Assembly: GCA_003343885.1 (NCBI GenBank)
Contig: QAKH01000036.1
Span: 2,167 to 66,166, forward strand
Reading direction: 5' to 3'
Source of the DNA: Clostridiales bacterium
GTDB lineage: Bacteria; Bacillota; Clostridia; Oscillospirales; CAG-382
Length of the DNA stretch: 64,000 nt
Under the pieces are notes generated by a model. That model did no database searches. It was not told the origin of the DNA and worked only from the letters and a program-made list of their open reading frames with translations. A program made the translations under genes and the position numbers. Below are positions 45,409 through 55,154 of this stretch, piece after piece (within the stretch, counting starts at the first letter, position 1; every line of letters starts with the position of its first letter).

Positions 45409-46251
45409 GTCGGCAAGCTCGCCGGTAAAGGAAACAGTCGCCGCTCCGGTCATGAATACTGCGTCGTCCGTGTAGTTTATTGTAAGATCTCCGCCGACAA
45501 GCTTGACGGTTATATCTTCTCCCTTTTTGCAGTAACCGTTAAGGCAGGCTGCAACTGCAGAGGCGCAGGCGCCCGTTCCGCAGGCAAGCGTTTCGCCGCT
45601 TCCGCGCTCCCACACTCTCATTTTTAAGGTATGCGAATCAAGCACGTTTATAAATTCCGTATTCACTCTTTCCGGAAACAGCTCAGAAAACTCAAATTTC
45701 GGTCCTATTTCCTCAAGAGGTATTTTTGCGACGTCAATATCGGTAAATATCACGCAGTGCGGATTTCCCATCGACACGCATGTAACCTCGTAGTCTTTTC
45801 CGTCAACCGTCATTTTTCTTTTTACAGCGGTGTCGCCGTCAAAATTTACGGGAATTTCCGAAGGCTTCAGTATCGCCTTTCCCATATCCACCTTTACTTT
45901 TTCGACAAGTCCGTCAGATCCTGTGAAAAGGTCAAGTATTTTTATTCCGGACAGCGTTTCAACAGTCAAAGTGTTTTTCTTAACTATTCCGTTGTCGTAC
46001 AGATACTTTCCTATGCACCTGATAGCGTTTCCGCACATTTTTCCCTCACTGCCGTCAAGGTTGAACATTCTCATCTTCGCGTCAGCCTTGTCAGACGGGC
46101 AGATGAGAACTATTCCGTCACCGCCCACGCCGAAATGACGGTCAGACAGCTTTATGGAAAGCTGTTCGGGATTTTCGATTTTCTGCTCAAAGCAGTTGAA
46201 GTATATATAGTCGTTTCCGCATCCGTGCATTTTTGTAAATTTAAGTCCCAT
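45403..46251 (-). CDS. dapF: Diaminopimelate epimerase
   Basis: MGLKFTKMHGCGNDYIYF. Catalytic Cys motifs are NLDGSEGKMCGNAIRC and LACGTGACA. I prefer the start at 46251 by homology to the usual DapF N-terminus. Confidence 0.9.
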   Translation of the reverse strand: MGLKFTKMHGCGNDYIYFNCFEQKIENPEQLSIKLSDRHFGVGGDGIVLICPSDKADAKMRMFNLDGSEGKMCGNAIRCIGKYLYDNGIVKKNTLTVETLSGIKILDLFTGSDGLVEKVKVDMGKAILKPSEIPVNFDGDTAVKRKMTVDGKDYEVTCVSMGNPHCVIFTDIDVAKIPLEEIGPKFEFSELFPERVNTEFINVLDSHTLKMRVWERGSGETLACGTGACASAVAACLNGYCKKGEDITVKLVGGDLTINYTDDAVFMTGAATVSFTGELADD

Positions 46252-46337
46252 AGCCAAGTGCAAACCTTTCCGTGTTTTACAAAAGTGTCTTGCCGCATTT
46301 ACGTAAGACACTTAATATATTATCTGATTATTTTACT

Positions 46338-47621
46338 TTATTTTACCTCAATATAAGCTTCTCTGCTTGCGCCGACAGAAATATACTTTATATTGCATCC
46401 TACCTTCTCGGCGATATAATCAACATATTTTCTTGCGTTTTCCGGAAGCTCATCCTTTGTACGGCATGCGGAAATGTCGCACTTCCAGCCGTCAAGGTAT
46501 TCATATACCGGTTTTGCTATATCAAGTCTTAATCCGCTCGGGAATTCCGTCGTTATCTCACCGTCGATATCATACGCAACGCAAACCGGTATTTTGTTCA
46601 TGTATGAGAGGACGTCAAGCTTTGTGAGCGCAACTTCGTCAGCGCCCTGGAGAATAACTCCGTATTTTGACGCAACGACGTCAAAAGCTCCCACTTCTCT
46701 GGGACGTCCGGTTGCGGCACCGTATTCGCCGCCGGCTTTTCTCAGTTCCTCCGCCTCTTCGCCGCTCATGCGCACGGTAAACGGGCCTGCTCCGACGCAG
46801 GTTGAGTAAGCTTTCATAATACCTATGCTCTTATCAAGCTTTATGCCGGGTATTCCGCTTCCGATAGGAGCGTATGCGGCAATTGTTGAAGATGAAGACG
46901 TATACGGATATATTCCGAAATCTATATCTCTGAGCGCCCCGAGCTGTGCTTCAAAAATTATGTTTTTACCCTCGTTGTGAGCTTTTCTGAGGTACGCGCC
47001 GCAGTCGCACACGTATTCCTTTAACGGACCGCCGTACTCGTGCAGCCACGCCATAATATCATCGGGATTTACCGGTTCGGCATTATATCCGCCCTGTATG
47101 AGCAAATTCTTATACGCAACAATGTTTGTTACTTTTTCACGCAAATCATCTTCAAAAAACAGGTCAGACATGCGAATGGTCTTCTTCAGGTATTTATCGC
47201 CGTAAACGGGTGCTATTCCTCGTCTTGTCGAGCCATAGGGTTTTCCTGTTACACGGGTAAGACGCTCCTCTTCGAGTCTGTCAAGGTCTACGTGGTACGG
47301 CATAACGATAGTAGCTTTATCGCTAATCTTGAGATTTTCCGGAGAAATGCTTATTCCTCTGCCGGTAAGATTTTTCATTTCGCCTATGAGGTGTTTCAGG
47401 TCGATTACCATGCCGTTGCCCATAATATTTACTACATTTTTTCTGAAAATACCCGACGGCAGAAGATTGAGCTTAAATTCACCGAACTCGTTGATAACGG
47501 TGTGACCGGCATTGTTGCCGCCCTGATATCTTGCGACGATGTCGGCGTTTTCTGAGAGAAGATCGACCATACGGCCTTTTCCTTCATCTCCCCAGTTGAT
47601 TCCGGAAATTGCTGTTAACAT
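46338..47621 (-). CDS. purA: Adenylosuccinate synthase
   Basis: WGDEGKGRMVD P-loop, GGNNAGHT, GTTRRGIAP-like (GSTRRGIAP), TGRPRE. Start at the ATG at 47621. Confidence 0.92.
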   Translation of the reverse strand: MLTAISGINWGDEGKGRMVDLLSENADIVARYQGGNNAGHTVINEFGEFKLNLLPSGIFRKNVVNIMGNGMVIDLKHLIGEMKNLTGRGISISPENLKISDKATIVMPYHVDLDRLEEERLTRVTGKPYGSTRRGIAPVYGDKYLKKTIRMSDLFFEDDLREKVTNIVAYKNLLIQGGYNAEPVNPDDIMAWLHEYGGPLKEYVCDCGAYLRKAHNEGKNIIFEAQLGALRDIDFGIYPYTSSSSTIAAYAPIGSGIPGIKLDKSIGIMKAYSTCVGAGPFTVRMSGEEAEELRKAGGEYGAATGRPREVGAFDVVASKYGVILQGADEVALTKLDVLSYMNKIPVCVAYDIDGEITTEFPSGLRLDIAKPVYEYLDGWKCDISACRTKDELPENARKYVDYIAEKVGCNIKYISVGASREAYIEVK

Positions 47622-47835
47622 AGATTGACATTCCTTTCGTGAAAAACAAATGAATTTGACACACAAAAATGAAAATTTGACAAAAATACACAGTTATTTC
47701 ATAGGCAAATTTACATTTTATTATATAATAGCAGTAGTTAAATGTCAATAACTGTACGGTCGAATTTACACGCTGTTTATACGCTTTGAAAAAAGTGTCA
47801 AAAATTTCTTTAATCCGCTTTGGGAGATGGTAAAT

Positions 47836-48180
47836 ATGTTCAAAAAAATAGCAGGTCTTTTCGGTGCCGGGAACTCCGAACGGTCGGTAAACCGCCGCAT
47901 TGCCGAAAAGCTTCACGACATGCCTTTCAAATATATAAGCGAAAAAGACGAGTCCGGAGAAGAAATTATTATAGGGCGAGCCGGGCACATAAACCTATTA
48001 GGTGAAAAAAGGTCCCAGATGTGCGCAACCTGCGGAGTTAAAACAATTTTCCGGCTTGATGTTGACGAGATGAAAATCTGGGAATTCATGAGCCTTGACG
48101 GATGTGTCATAAATTTTACCGATCTTGACACCGGTAAAAAAAGAAATATTTCAGTGTATTACGACAAGCATCTTTCTTGA
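47836..48180 (+). CDS. Hypothetical small cytoplasmic protein
   Basis: 114-aa ORF after GGGAGA. No motif recognised. Its position upstream of rseP suggests a conserved hypothetical. Confidence 0.4.
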   Translation: MFKKIAGLFGAGNSERSVNRRIAEKLHDMPFKYISEKDESGEEIIIGRAGHINLLGEKRSQMCATCGVKTIFRLDVDEMKIWEFMSLDGCVINFTDLDTGKKRNISVYYDKHLS

Positions 48181-48390
48181 GTCCCCCGCAATATATGTTT
48201 GCTTTATCTGTAACTGTCTGCTTTTCAAGGCTAATATTAACGAAAAGTTCAAATAAAATCGCGTGAAAGTATTATAATAAATGTTAATAAGTATTTTTTG
48301 AGAATTGTATTGATATTGCGGCTTTTTTATACCTGAAAAGCATATGTTTGTATGTACGGGCAGTGCTTACGTAACGGAGGTAATTTGTTT

Positions 48391-49446
48391 ATGACGTTTT
48401 TATACATTCTTCTCGGAATCTTCGTATTCGGAATAATAATCCTTATCCATGAGCTCGGGCATTTCATGTTTGCCAAGCTCTTCAAGGTCGGCATAGAAGA
48501 ATTTGCCATAGGCATGGGGCCAAAGCTTGTTTCAAAAATCGGAAAAGACGGCGTCAGATACGCCCTTCGCCTTATACCTATGGGTGGTTTTGTCAGCATG
48601 GTCGGCGAAGATGAGGACGTTGACGACGAACGGGCGCTTAGCAGAAAGCCTGTCTGGCAGAGAATGATAATAGTCGCCGCAGGAGCGTTTATGAACATTG
48701 TGCTCGGATTTGTGCTGATGGCTGTTGTCATAATATTTTTCAAAAATATATATTCCACCACTATTTCGGGCTTTGCTTACTACGATGATAGCGGAAAGCT
48801 TGCGTACTGCGAAGAAAAGTACGGCATGCAGGTCGGCGACACCATTTTAAAGATAGGCGACAGAAAAATCAACGTCAGAGAAGATTTCATCTATGAGGTA
48901 ATGTTTTTGGCAGACACCCCGACTGACGTGACGGTAAAGCGTGACGGGGAGAAGGTAGTAATTCCGGACGTTGTGTTCGACACGTACACGGAAAGCGGCA
49001 TAACCTTCGGAGACGCCGGATATATCATCACGACAAGGCTTGAAAAAACGTTTCCCGAAGTAATAAAGCAGTCGGTTTGTCAATCCGTTTCGGCAATCCG
49101 GATGTTATGGGTATCGATATTAAACACGTTCAAGGGCGAATACGGAACAGAGGCTCTGTCGGGGCCTGTCGGAGTTATTGACCAGGTGGAGCAAACCGTT
49201 TCTTACGGCTGGGACGCTTTTCTTTTCCTTGCGGTTATAATAACGCTAAACGTAGGAATAGTCAATCTTCTGCCGATTCCGGCACTTGACGGAGGGCGTT
49301 TGTTCTTCATGCTTATTGAGCTTATACGCGGAAAACCGATAAATCCGAAATACGAAGGGTATGTTCACGCGGCAGGATTTGTGATTCTTATCGGCCTTAT
49401 GCTGTTTGTGACATACAACGATATTGTGCGCATATTTACAAGATAG
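48391..49446 (+). CDS. rseP: RIP (site-2) zinc metalloprotease, M50 family
   Basis: HELGHF in the first TM, an internal PDZ-like region, and NLLPIPALDGG. The ATG at 48391 follows GGAGG. Confidence 0.9.
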   Translation: MTFLYILLGIFVFGIIILIHELGHFMFAKLFKVGIEEFAIGMGPKLVSKIGKDGVRYALRLIPMGGFVSMVGEDEDVDDERALSRKPVWQRMIIVAAGAFMNIVLGFVLMAVVIIFFKNIYSTTISGFAYYDDSGKLAYCEEKYGMQVGDTILKIGDRKINVREDFIYEVMFLADTPTDVTVKRDGEKVVIPDVVFDTYTESGITFGDAGYIITTRLEKTFPEVIKQSVCQSVSAIRMLWVSILNTFKGEYGTEALSGPVGVIDQVEQTVSYGWDAFLFLAVIITLNVGIVNLLPIPALDGGRLFFMLIELIRGKPINPKYEGYVHAAGFVILIGLMLFVTYNDIVRIFTR

Positions 49447-49476
49447 CGCCTGACTTTCACAAGGGAGGTACTAAGG

Positions 49477-50553
49477 TTGGAACGCAGAAAGACAAGAGAA
49501 GTAAAAATAGGAAATGTGACTGTCGGTTCGGGGCACCCGGTATCTATTCAGTCCATGACCTTTACAAAAACTTCTGACAAAGAAGCTACGCTTTCACAAA
49601 TAAAACAGCTTGAAAACGCCGGCTGTGAGATAGTCCGGTTTTCGGTGCCGGACGAGGAGTGCGCAAAAAGTATTCCTTACCTTAAGGAACATTCAAGCGT
49701 TCCGCTTGTGGCAGATATTCACTTCAATTACAGGCTTGCTCTGCAGGCTGTCGAATACGGCATTGACAAAATCCGGATAAATCCGGGAAACATAGGCGGC
49801 TCTGAGCGTGTAAAACAGGTTGCAAACGCCTGCAAAAGCAAGAACATACCTATACGCATCGGAGTAAACGGCGGCTCTCTTGAAAAGCACATACTTGAGA
49901 AGTACGGCTCCCCTACCCCGGAAGCTCTGTGCGAAAGTGCGATGTACCACGTAAAACTGCTTGAAAGATTTGATTTTAACGATATAATCGTATCCATAAA
50001 GTCCTCCGACGTGGAAACCACCGTCAAAGCAAACAGGCTTTTTGCGCAGATGACGGACTATCCGCTGCATTTAGGCGTTACGGAAGCCGGAACCGAAAGA
50101 ATGGGGCTTATACGCTCAAGCATAGGACTCGGCGCACTGCTTGTTGACGGAATAGGCGACACGATGCGTGTATCGCTGTCCGACGACGTTGTAAAAGAGG
50201 TTAACGCCGCAAAAGACATACTTTTCTCGCTCGGACTCAGAAGCGGCGTAAAAGTGGTGTCCTGTCCGACATGTTCAAGGTGCAACATAAACGTTTTTGA
50301 AACCGCGAAAAGGCTTGAGGACGCCTTAAAAGACAAGCCGTGGGATATTACCGTTGCGGTTATGGGCTGTGCGGTAAACGGTCCGGGAGAAGCAAGAGAA
50401 GCAGATATCGGCGTTGCCGGAGGCAAAGGAAACGCACTGCTTTTCAAGCACGGCGAGCCGGTGGGAAGTATTTCTTCAGACGAGTTGTTCGACGTTTTGA
50501 TGAAAGAAGCGAAGAAGATTTGGGAAGAAAAGAATATTTCTACTGCAAAGTAA
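49477..50553 (+). CDS. ispG: 4-hydroxy-3-methylbut-2-en-1-yl diphosphate synthase
   Basis: KIGNV.VGSGHPVSIQSMT, RINPGNIG, and a C-terminal [4Fe-4S] Cys triad (SCPTCSRC...GCAVNGPGE). TTG start after GGGAGG. Confidence 0.92.
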   Translation: MERRKTREVKIGNVTVGSGHPVSIQSMTFTKTSDKEATLSQIKQLENAGCEIVRFSVPDEECAKSIPYLKEHSSVPLVADIHFNYRLALQAVEYGIDKIRINPGNIGGSERVKQVANACKSKNIPIRIGVNGGSLEKHILEKYGSPTPEALCESAMYHVKLLERFDFNDIIVSIKSSDVETTVKANRLFAQMTDYPLHLGVTEAGTERMGLIRSSIGLGALLVDGIGDTMRVSLSDDVVKEVNAAKDILFSLGLRSGVKVVSCPTCSRCNINVFETAKRLEDALKDKPWDITVAVMGCAVNGPGEAREADIGVAGGKGNALLFKHGEPVGSISSDELFDVLMKEAKKIWEEKNISTAK

Positions 50554-50732
50554 CAGTTGACAAAAATAACCGTCATCTATCCAAAAATTGTTATTATAAT
50601 TCGGACAAGCTGATTTGATGTGAAAAAAGTTGATAAAACACATACGCCGGACGGCGAAAAATCAGCATATCCGCATCTGAAATACGTAAACTAAGCACAC
50701 GAGGCTGTATAAAGAAAGGAAGTTTTTAGCAA

Positions 50733-53700
50733 ATGCCCATGAATTTCTACGAAAAATTCAAAAAATATACTCCTGACGATACAGCCAAGGGAGTTATAGA
50801 CCATATTTCGGATTTTACAGCGCAGGTGGACGTTGCGAACCGTATGATACAGGTTGACGCCGATTTTGATACATATATCCCTCCTTACCGCTTTGAATGC
50901 GTTGAACAGGGTATTTGCGCTTCATATGAACTAAACTACATGGTTATTCATCCGTCATACCCGAACGAGCCGTTCGATGTCGAGCACATGGACGCCGTAT
51001 TTTTTGAGCTTGCAAGGCTCACAGCACAAGGACGTGGTTTTTTTAACGGAGCAGAAACAACTCTTGAGGGCGCTGACATCACGTCAAGCGGAGATACTCT
51101 TTATATCTCGCTTAAAAACGGCGGAAAAGATTTCTTAATTTACGGAGGCTGCGACAAGCTTATTTCGGACGTAATATTCAAGATGTTCCGCACAAGGCTT
51201 AAAATTGAGTTTTGCGGAGTCACAAGCATTGACTGGGAGCATCAGGATATTCCCCTGCCGGTTCCGAATGCTTCATTTCAAAAAAAGCCGGATCCTGCCA
51301 AGGTTTCAAACTCTCTTTCAAGCGGCGAGCTTAAAACACAGATCGACGCCGAAAACGCGCTTGTCACCTCCGGCGGTATGACTTTTGACATTTCGGAAAT
51401 GCAGAATATTTACCGTAAAATAAAGACAATTGATATTATTCCCATAAGGATGATCGACAACTCTTCCCAAAGCCAGTTTACAATATGCGGAGAAGTTTTC
51501 TCTTTTCAGAAGAAAGTTACCAAAAACGGCTCTTACTGCATTGTTTCGTTTTACATAACAGACAACGACTCTTCCGCCGAGGTTAAATGGCTGTATCCCG
51601 CCGACTCGGACGAAGATTATTCATCTATAAAAAACGGCGTTTCGGTAATGCTCAGCGGAAACATGCAAATGGACAAGTTTGACAATGCGCCTGTTATAAA
51701 ACCGAGCGCTATTGCTCTCATAAAGAGAGTGCTAAGAACTGACAAGGCTGAAAAAAAGAGAGTGGAGCTTCATCTTCACACCACTCTGTCAACAATGGAT
51801 TCCACTTTTTCTCCCGAGGACGTGGTAAAGACAGTAACCAGATTCGGGCACACGGCTGTTGCTGTTACAGATCACGGAAACCTCCAGGCTTTTCCTGAAA
51901 TAATGACAGAAGTTGAAAAGGTAAAAGCTGATTTCAAGGTGATTTACGGAATCGAGTCTTACTTTGTCGACGACACGGCGACTGCCGTATTCGGAGGCAA
52001 AAACTCGGATCTCAACAACGATACCTTCTGCGTGTTTGATATAGAAACCACGGGACTTTCCGCAAAGGACTGCGCCATTACGGAAATCGGAGCTGTGTTA
52101 TACAAAAACGGCGAGATACTTGACACTTTTGAAAGCTTTGTAAATCCCGGGACACATATCAGCGCTAAAATAACCGAGCTTACGGGCATAACCGATGAAA
52201 TGGTTGCGGACGCGCCGGACATTTCCGTGGTATTGCCGAAGTTTCTTGATTTTGCCGGCGACTGCGTATTTGTTGCGCACAACGCCTCTTTCGACATTGG
52301 ATTCATACGCCACAACGCCGAAAAATGCGGCATAGAATTTAGCCCTACATACCTTGACACTGTCGCTTTATCAAGGTACTGCAATCCGGAGCTTAAAAAG
52401 CACACTCTCGACTCAGTTGCCGAATATTTTGATCTCGGCGACTTTAACCATCACCGTGCCTTTGAAGACGCGCACATGTTGGCTCTGATATTTGCCAAGC
52501 TCTGTTCAAAGCTTTCTGCCGAGGGACTGCACGACCTTTCGCAGATAGTAAACTCAATGAGCGGAAGATGTGATCCGAAGAAGCTTAAAACATATCATCA
52601 AATTATACTTGTTAAAAACAAAACGGGACTTAAAAATCTATACAAGCTTGTTTCGTATTCCTATCTCAACTATTTTCACCGTGTGCCGAGAATTCCAAAG
52701 ACTATACTCGAACAGCACCGTGACGGGCTTATTATCGGTTCGGCGTGCGAAGCCGGGGAACTTTATCAGGCTATCGTTTCTGGAAAAAATCACAGCGAGC
52801 TTTTGGAGATAGCCAAGTTTTACGATTACCTTGAAATACAGCCGCTCGGAAACAATCAGTTTATGATTGAAGAAGAAAACTCAAACGTAACAACTGAAAC
52901 ACTCATGGAAAACAACAAAACCATAGTGAAAATCGGAGAGGAGTTAGGAATTCCGGTTGTCGCCACCGGCGACGTACATTTCAACGAGCCTACCGACGGC
53001 ATATTCAGGCGGATACTTTTATGCGGTCAGAAATTCAAGGACGGGGACAGAAAAATCCCCTTATATATGCGCACGACAGAAGAGATGCTTGCCGAATTTG
53101 AGTATCTCGGCAAGGAAAAGGCATATGAGGTTGTTGTCGAAAACACCAACAAAATTGCCGACATGATAGAACGCATACGCCCGATTCCCGAAGGCTCTTT
53201 TCCTCCCCATATGGACGGAGCCGAGGAAGAGCTTACAAACAGCTGTTATGAGCTTGCAAAACAGCTTTACGGAGATCCGCTTCCGGAAATAGTTGAAAAC
53301 CGTCTTGAAAGAGAATTAAAACCTATAATAGAGCACGGATTTGCCGTATTGTACGTTATAGCAAGACGACTTATAAAGTACAGTGAACAAAACGGTTATC
53401 TTGTCGGATCCCGAGGTTCCGTCGGCTCCTCTTTTGTTGCAACCATGGCGGGAATTACCGAGGTAAATCCGCTTGCGCCGCACTACCGCTGCCCAAAATG
53501 CACATACAGCGAATTCATTACGGACGGTTCCGTAGGTTCCGGCTTTGACCTTCCTCCGAAAAACTGTCCGAGGTGTTCTGCTCCTATGGTAGGAGACGGG
53601 CACGACATTCCTTTTGAAACCTTCTTAGGGTTCAAGGGCGACAAATCGCCGGATATTGACCTTAATTTTTCAGGTGACGTACAAGGCATGGTACACAAAT

Positions 53701-55082
53701 ACACCGAAGTTCTTTTCGGCGCCGAAAACGTGTTCCGTGCCGGAACGCTCGGAACGCTCGCTGATAAAAACGCTTACGGATATGTCAGTAAATACCTTGA
53801 AGAACATGGAATAGAGCTTGGAAGAGCTGAAAAACAAAGGCTTGCAAACGGCTGTACCGGCGTCAAAAAAAGTACCGGACAGCACCCGGGCGGCATAGTC
53901 GTAGTTCCTAAAGAATACGACGTATACGACTTTACTCCGGTTCAACACCCTGCCGACGATCCGAAAAGCGACATTGTCACGACGCATTTTGCCTTCAAGT
54001 TTTTGCACGACACTATCCTTAAGCTTGACCTGCTCGGCCATGATGTGCCGACAAAGTACAAGATGATGGAAAAATATTCCGGATTAAGCGTGCTTGACCT
54101 GCCGATGAACGATCCTGACGTTATGGAGTTATTTATCTCGACAAAGTCCATAGGCGTAAATCCTGAAGATATAGACAGCGAGGTCGGAACATTCGGACTT
54201 CCGGAGTTCGGAACAAAGTTCGTGCGTCAGATGATAGTCGAGTCAAAGCCCAAAAACTTCACCGACCTGCTTCAGATATCAGGTCTTTCACACGGTACCG
54301 ACGTATGGCTCGGCAATGCGCAGGACCTTATACACAACGGAACCTGCACAATTTCCGAGGTTATCGGAACGAGAGATTCCATAATGACTTACCTTATGCA
54401 CAAGGGACTTGATCCTTCCCTTGCCTTCAATATCATGGAGATAACCCGAAAAGGAAAGGCTAAACAGAAGCTTACTCCGGAAATGGTTGAGGAAATGAAA
54501 TCTCACGGAGTGCCGGACTGGTATATCGACAGCTGTTTTAAAATACAGTACATGTTCCCAAAAGCTCACGCGGTTGCGTACGACATGTCGGCGCTTCGCC
54601 TTGGGTGGTTCAAGGTTCACATGCCGCAGGTGTTCTACGCCGCATTCCTGTCGGTCGCTCCAGGCGGCTTTGAGGCGGAAATCATGACAAAAGGCAAGGA
54701 ACACATAAAAAATGTCCTGCGTGAAATAGAAAGCAAAGGCAAGGAAGCGACACAAAAGGAAACAGACATGATTGCGACGCTGCAATTATGTAACGAGGCG
54801 TGCGCACGTGGTTTTGTATTTCTTCCGCCGGACCTTACAAAATCACACTCCTTCCATTTCCTTCCCGAGGGTGAAAAGGGAATTCGCTGTCCATTCTCCT
54901 CTATGGGCGGTCTCGGAGAAGCCGCCGCAGAGAGCCTGTACAACGCCTGCAAGGAATGTGAGGTACTGTCGGTTGAAGATTTGAGGACACGTGCTCAGGT
55001 TTCAAAGGCTGTTATTGAGATTTTACGGAAAAACGGCGTACTGGAAAGCTTGAGCGAAACCAACCAGCTGACATTATTCTGA
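50733..55082 (+). CDS. polC: DNA polymerase III PolC-type (Gram-positive replicative polymerase with intrinsic 3'-5' exonuclease)
   Basis: 1449 aa. PHP motif VELHLHTTLSTMD, DEDDh exonuclease FCVFDIETTGLS...HNASFDIGF...HRAFEDA, Zn-finger CPKC...CPRC, and polymerase core. Confidence 0.97.
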   Translation: MPMNFYEKFKKYTPDDTAKGVIDHISDFTAQVDVANRMIQVDADFDTYIPPYRFECVEQGICASYELNYMVIHPSYPNEPFDVEHMDAVFFELARLTAQGRGFFNGAETTLEGADITSSGDTLYISLKNGGKDFLIYGGCDKLISDVIFKMFRTRLKIEFCGVTSIDWEHQDIPLPVPNASFQKKPDPAKVSNSLSSGELKTQIDAENALVTSGGMTFDISEMQNIYRKIKTIDIIPIRMIDNSSQSQFTICGEVFSFQKKVTKNGSYCIVSFYITDNDSSAEVKWLYPADSDEDYSSIKNGVSVMLSGNMQMDKFDNAPVIKPSAIALIKRVLRTDKAEKKRVELHLHTTLSTMDSTFSPEDVVKTVTRFGHTAVAVTDHGNLQAFPEIMTEVEKVKADFKVIYGIESYFVDDTATAVFGGKNSDLNNDTFCVFDIETTGLSAKDCAITEIGAVLYKNGEILDTFESFVNPGTHISAKITELTGITDEMVADAPDISVVLPKFLDFAGDCVFVAHNASFDIGFIRHNAEKCGIEFSPTYLDTVALSRYCNPELKKHTLDSVAEYFDLGDFNHHRAFEDAHMLALIFAKLCSKLSAEGLHDLSQIVNSMSGRCDPKKLKTYHQIILVKNKTGLKNLYKLVSYSYLNYFHRVPRIPKTILEQHRDGLIIGSACEAGELYQAIVSGKNHSELLEIAKFYDYLEIQPLGNNQFMIEEENSNVTTETLMENNKTIVKIGEELGIPVVATGDVHFNEPTDGIFRRILLCGQKFKDGDRKIPLYMRTTEEMLAEFEYLGKEKAYEVVVENTNKIADMIERIRPIPEGSFPPHMDGAEEELTNSCYELAKQLYGDPLPEIVENRLERELKPIIEHGFAVLYVIARRLIKYSEQNGYLVGSRGSVGSSFVATMAGITEVNPLAPHYRCPKCTYSEFITDGSVGSGFDLPPKNCPRCSAPMVGDGHDIPFETFLGFKGDKSPDIDLNFSGDVQGMVHKYTEVLFGAENVFRAGTLGTLADKNAYGYVSKYLEEHGIELGRAEKQRLANGCTGVKKSTGQHPGGIVVVPKEYDVYDFTPVQHPADDPKSDIVTTHFAFKFLHDTILKLDLLGHDVPTKYKMMEKYSGLSVLDLPMNDPDVMELFISTKSIGVNPEDIDSEVGTFGLPEFGTKFVRQMIVESKPKNFTDLLQISGLSHGTDVWLGNAQDLIHNGTCTISEVIGTRDSIMTYLMHKGLDPSLAFNIMEITRKGKAKQKLTPEMVEEMKSHGVPDWYIDSCFKIQYMFPKAHAVAYDMSALRLGWFKVHMPQVFYAAFLSVAPGGFEAEIMTKGKEHIKNVLREIESKGKEATQKETDMIATLQLCNEACARGFVFLPPDLTKSHSFHFLPEGEKGIRCPFSSMGGLGEAAAESLYNACKECEVLSVEDLRTRAQVSKAVIEILRKNGVLESLSETNQLTLF

Positions 55083-55154
55083 TCTAAGACCCAATTTGCC
55101 TTTTATCGCCTTGTTCTGAGCTTTGAGATTTTTCGAATCAAAAAGGTGGTTAAA

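Noticed and set aside
46252-46337. A lysine riboswitch (L-box) upstream of dapF or dapL.
   Set aside because: The spacers are 86 nt and 91 nt, too short for an L-box of about 180 nt. I saw none of its conserved junction sequences.
47622-47826. Three plus-strand TTGACA hexamers in the purA / hypothetical-gene divergent region, considered as a repeated regulatory element (PurR-type box).
   Set aside because: TTGACA is simply the -35 consensus. Spacing to candidate -10 boxes is not convincing for all three, and the region does not resemble the PurBox I recall. The evidence is insufficient for a call.
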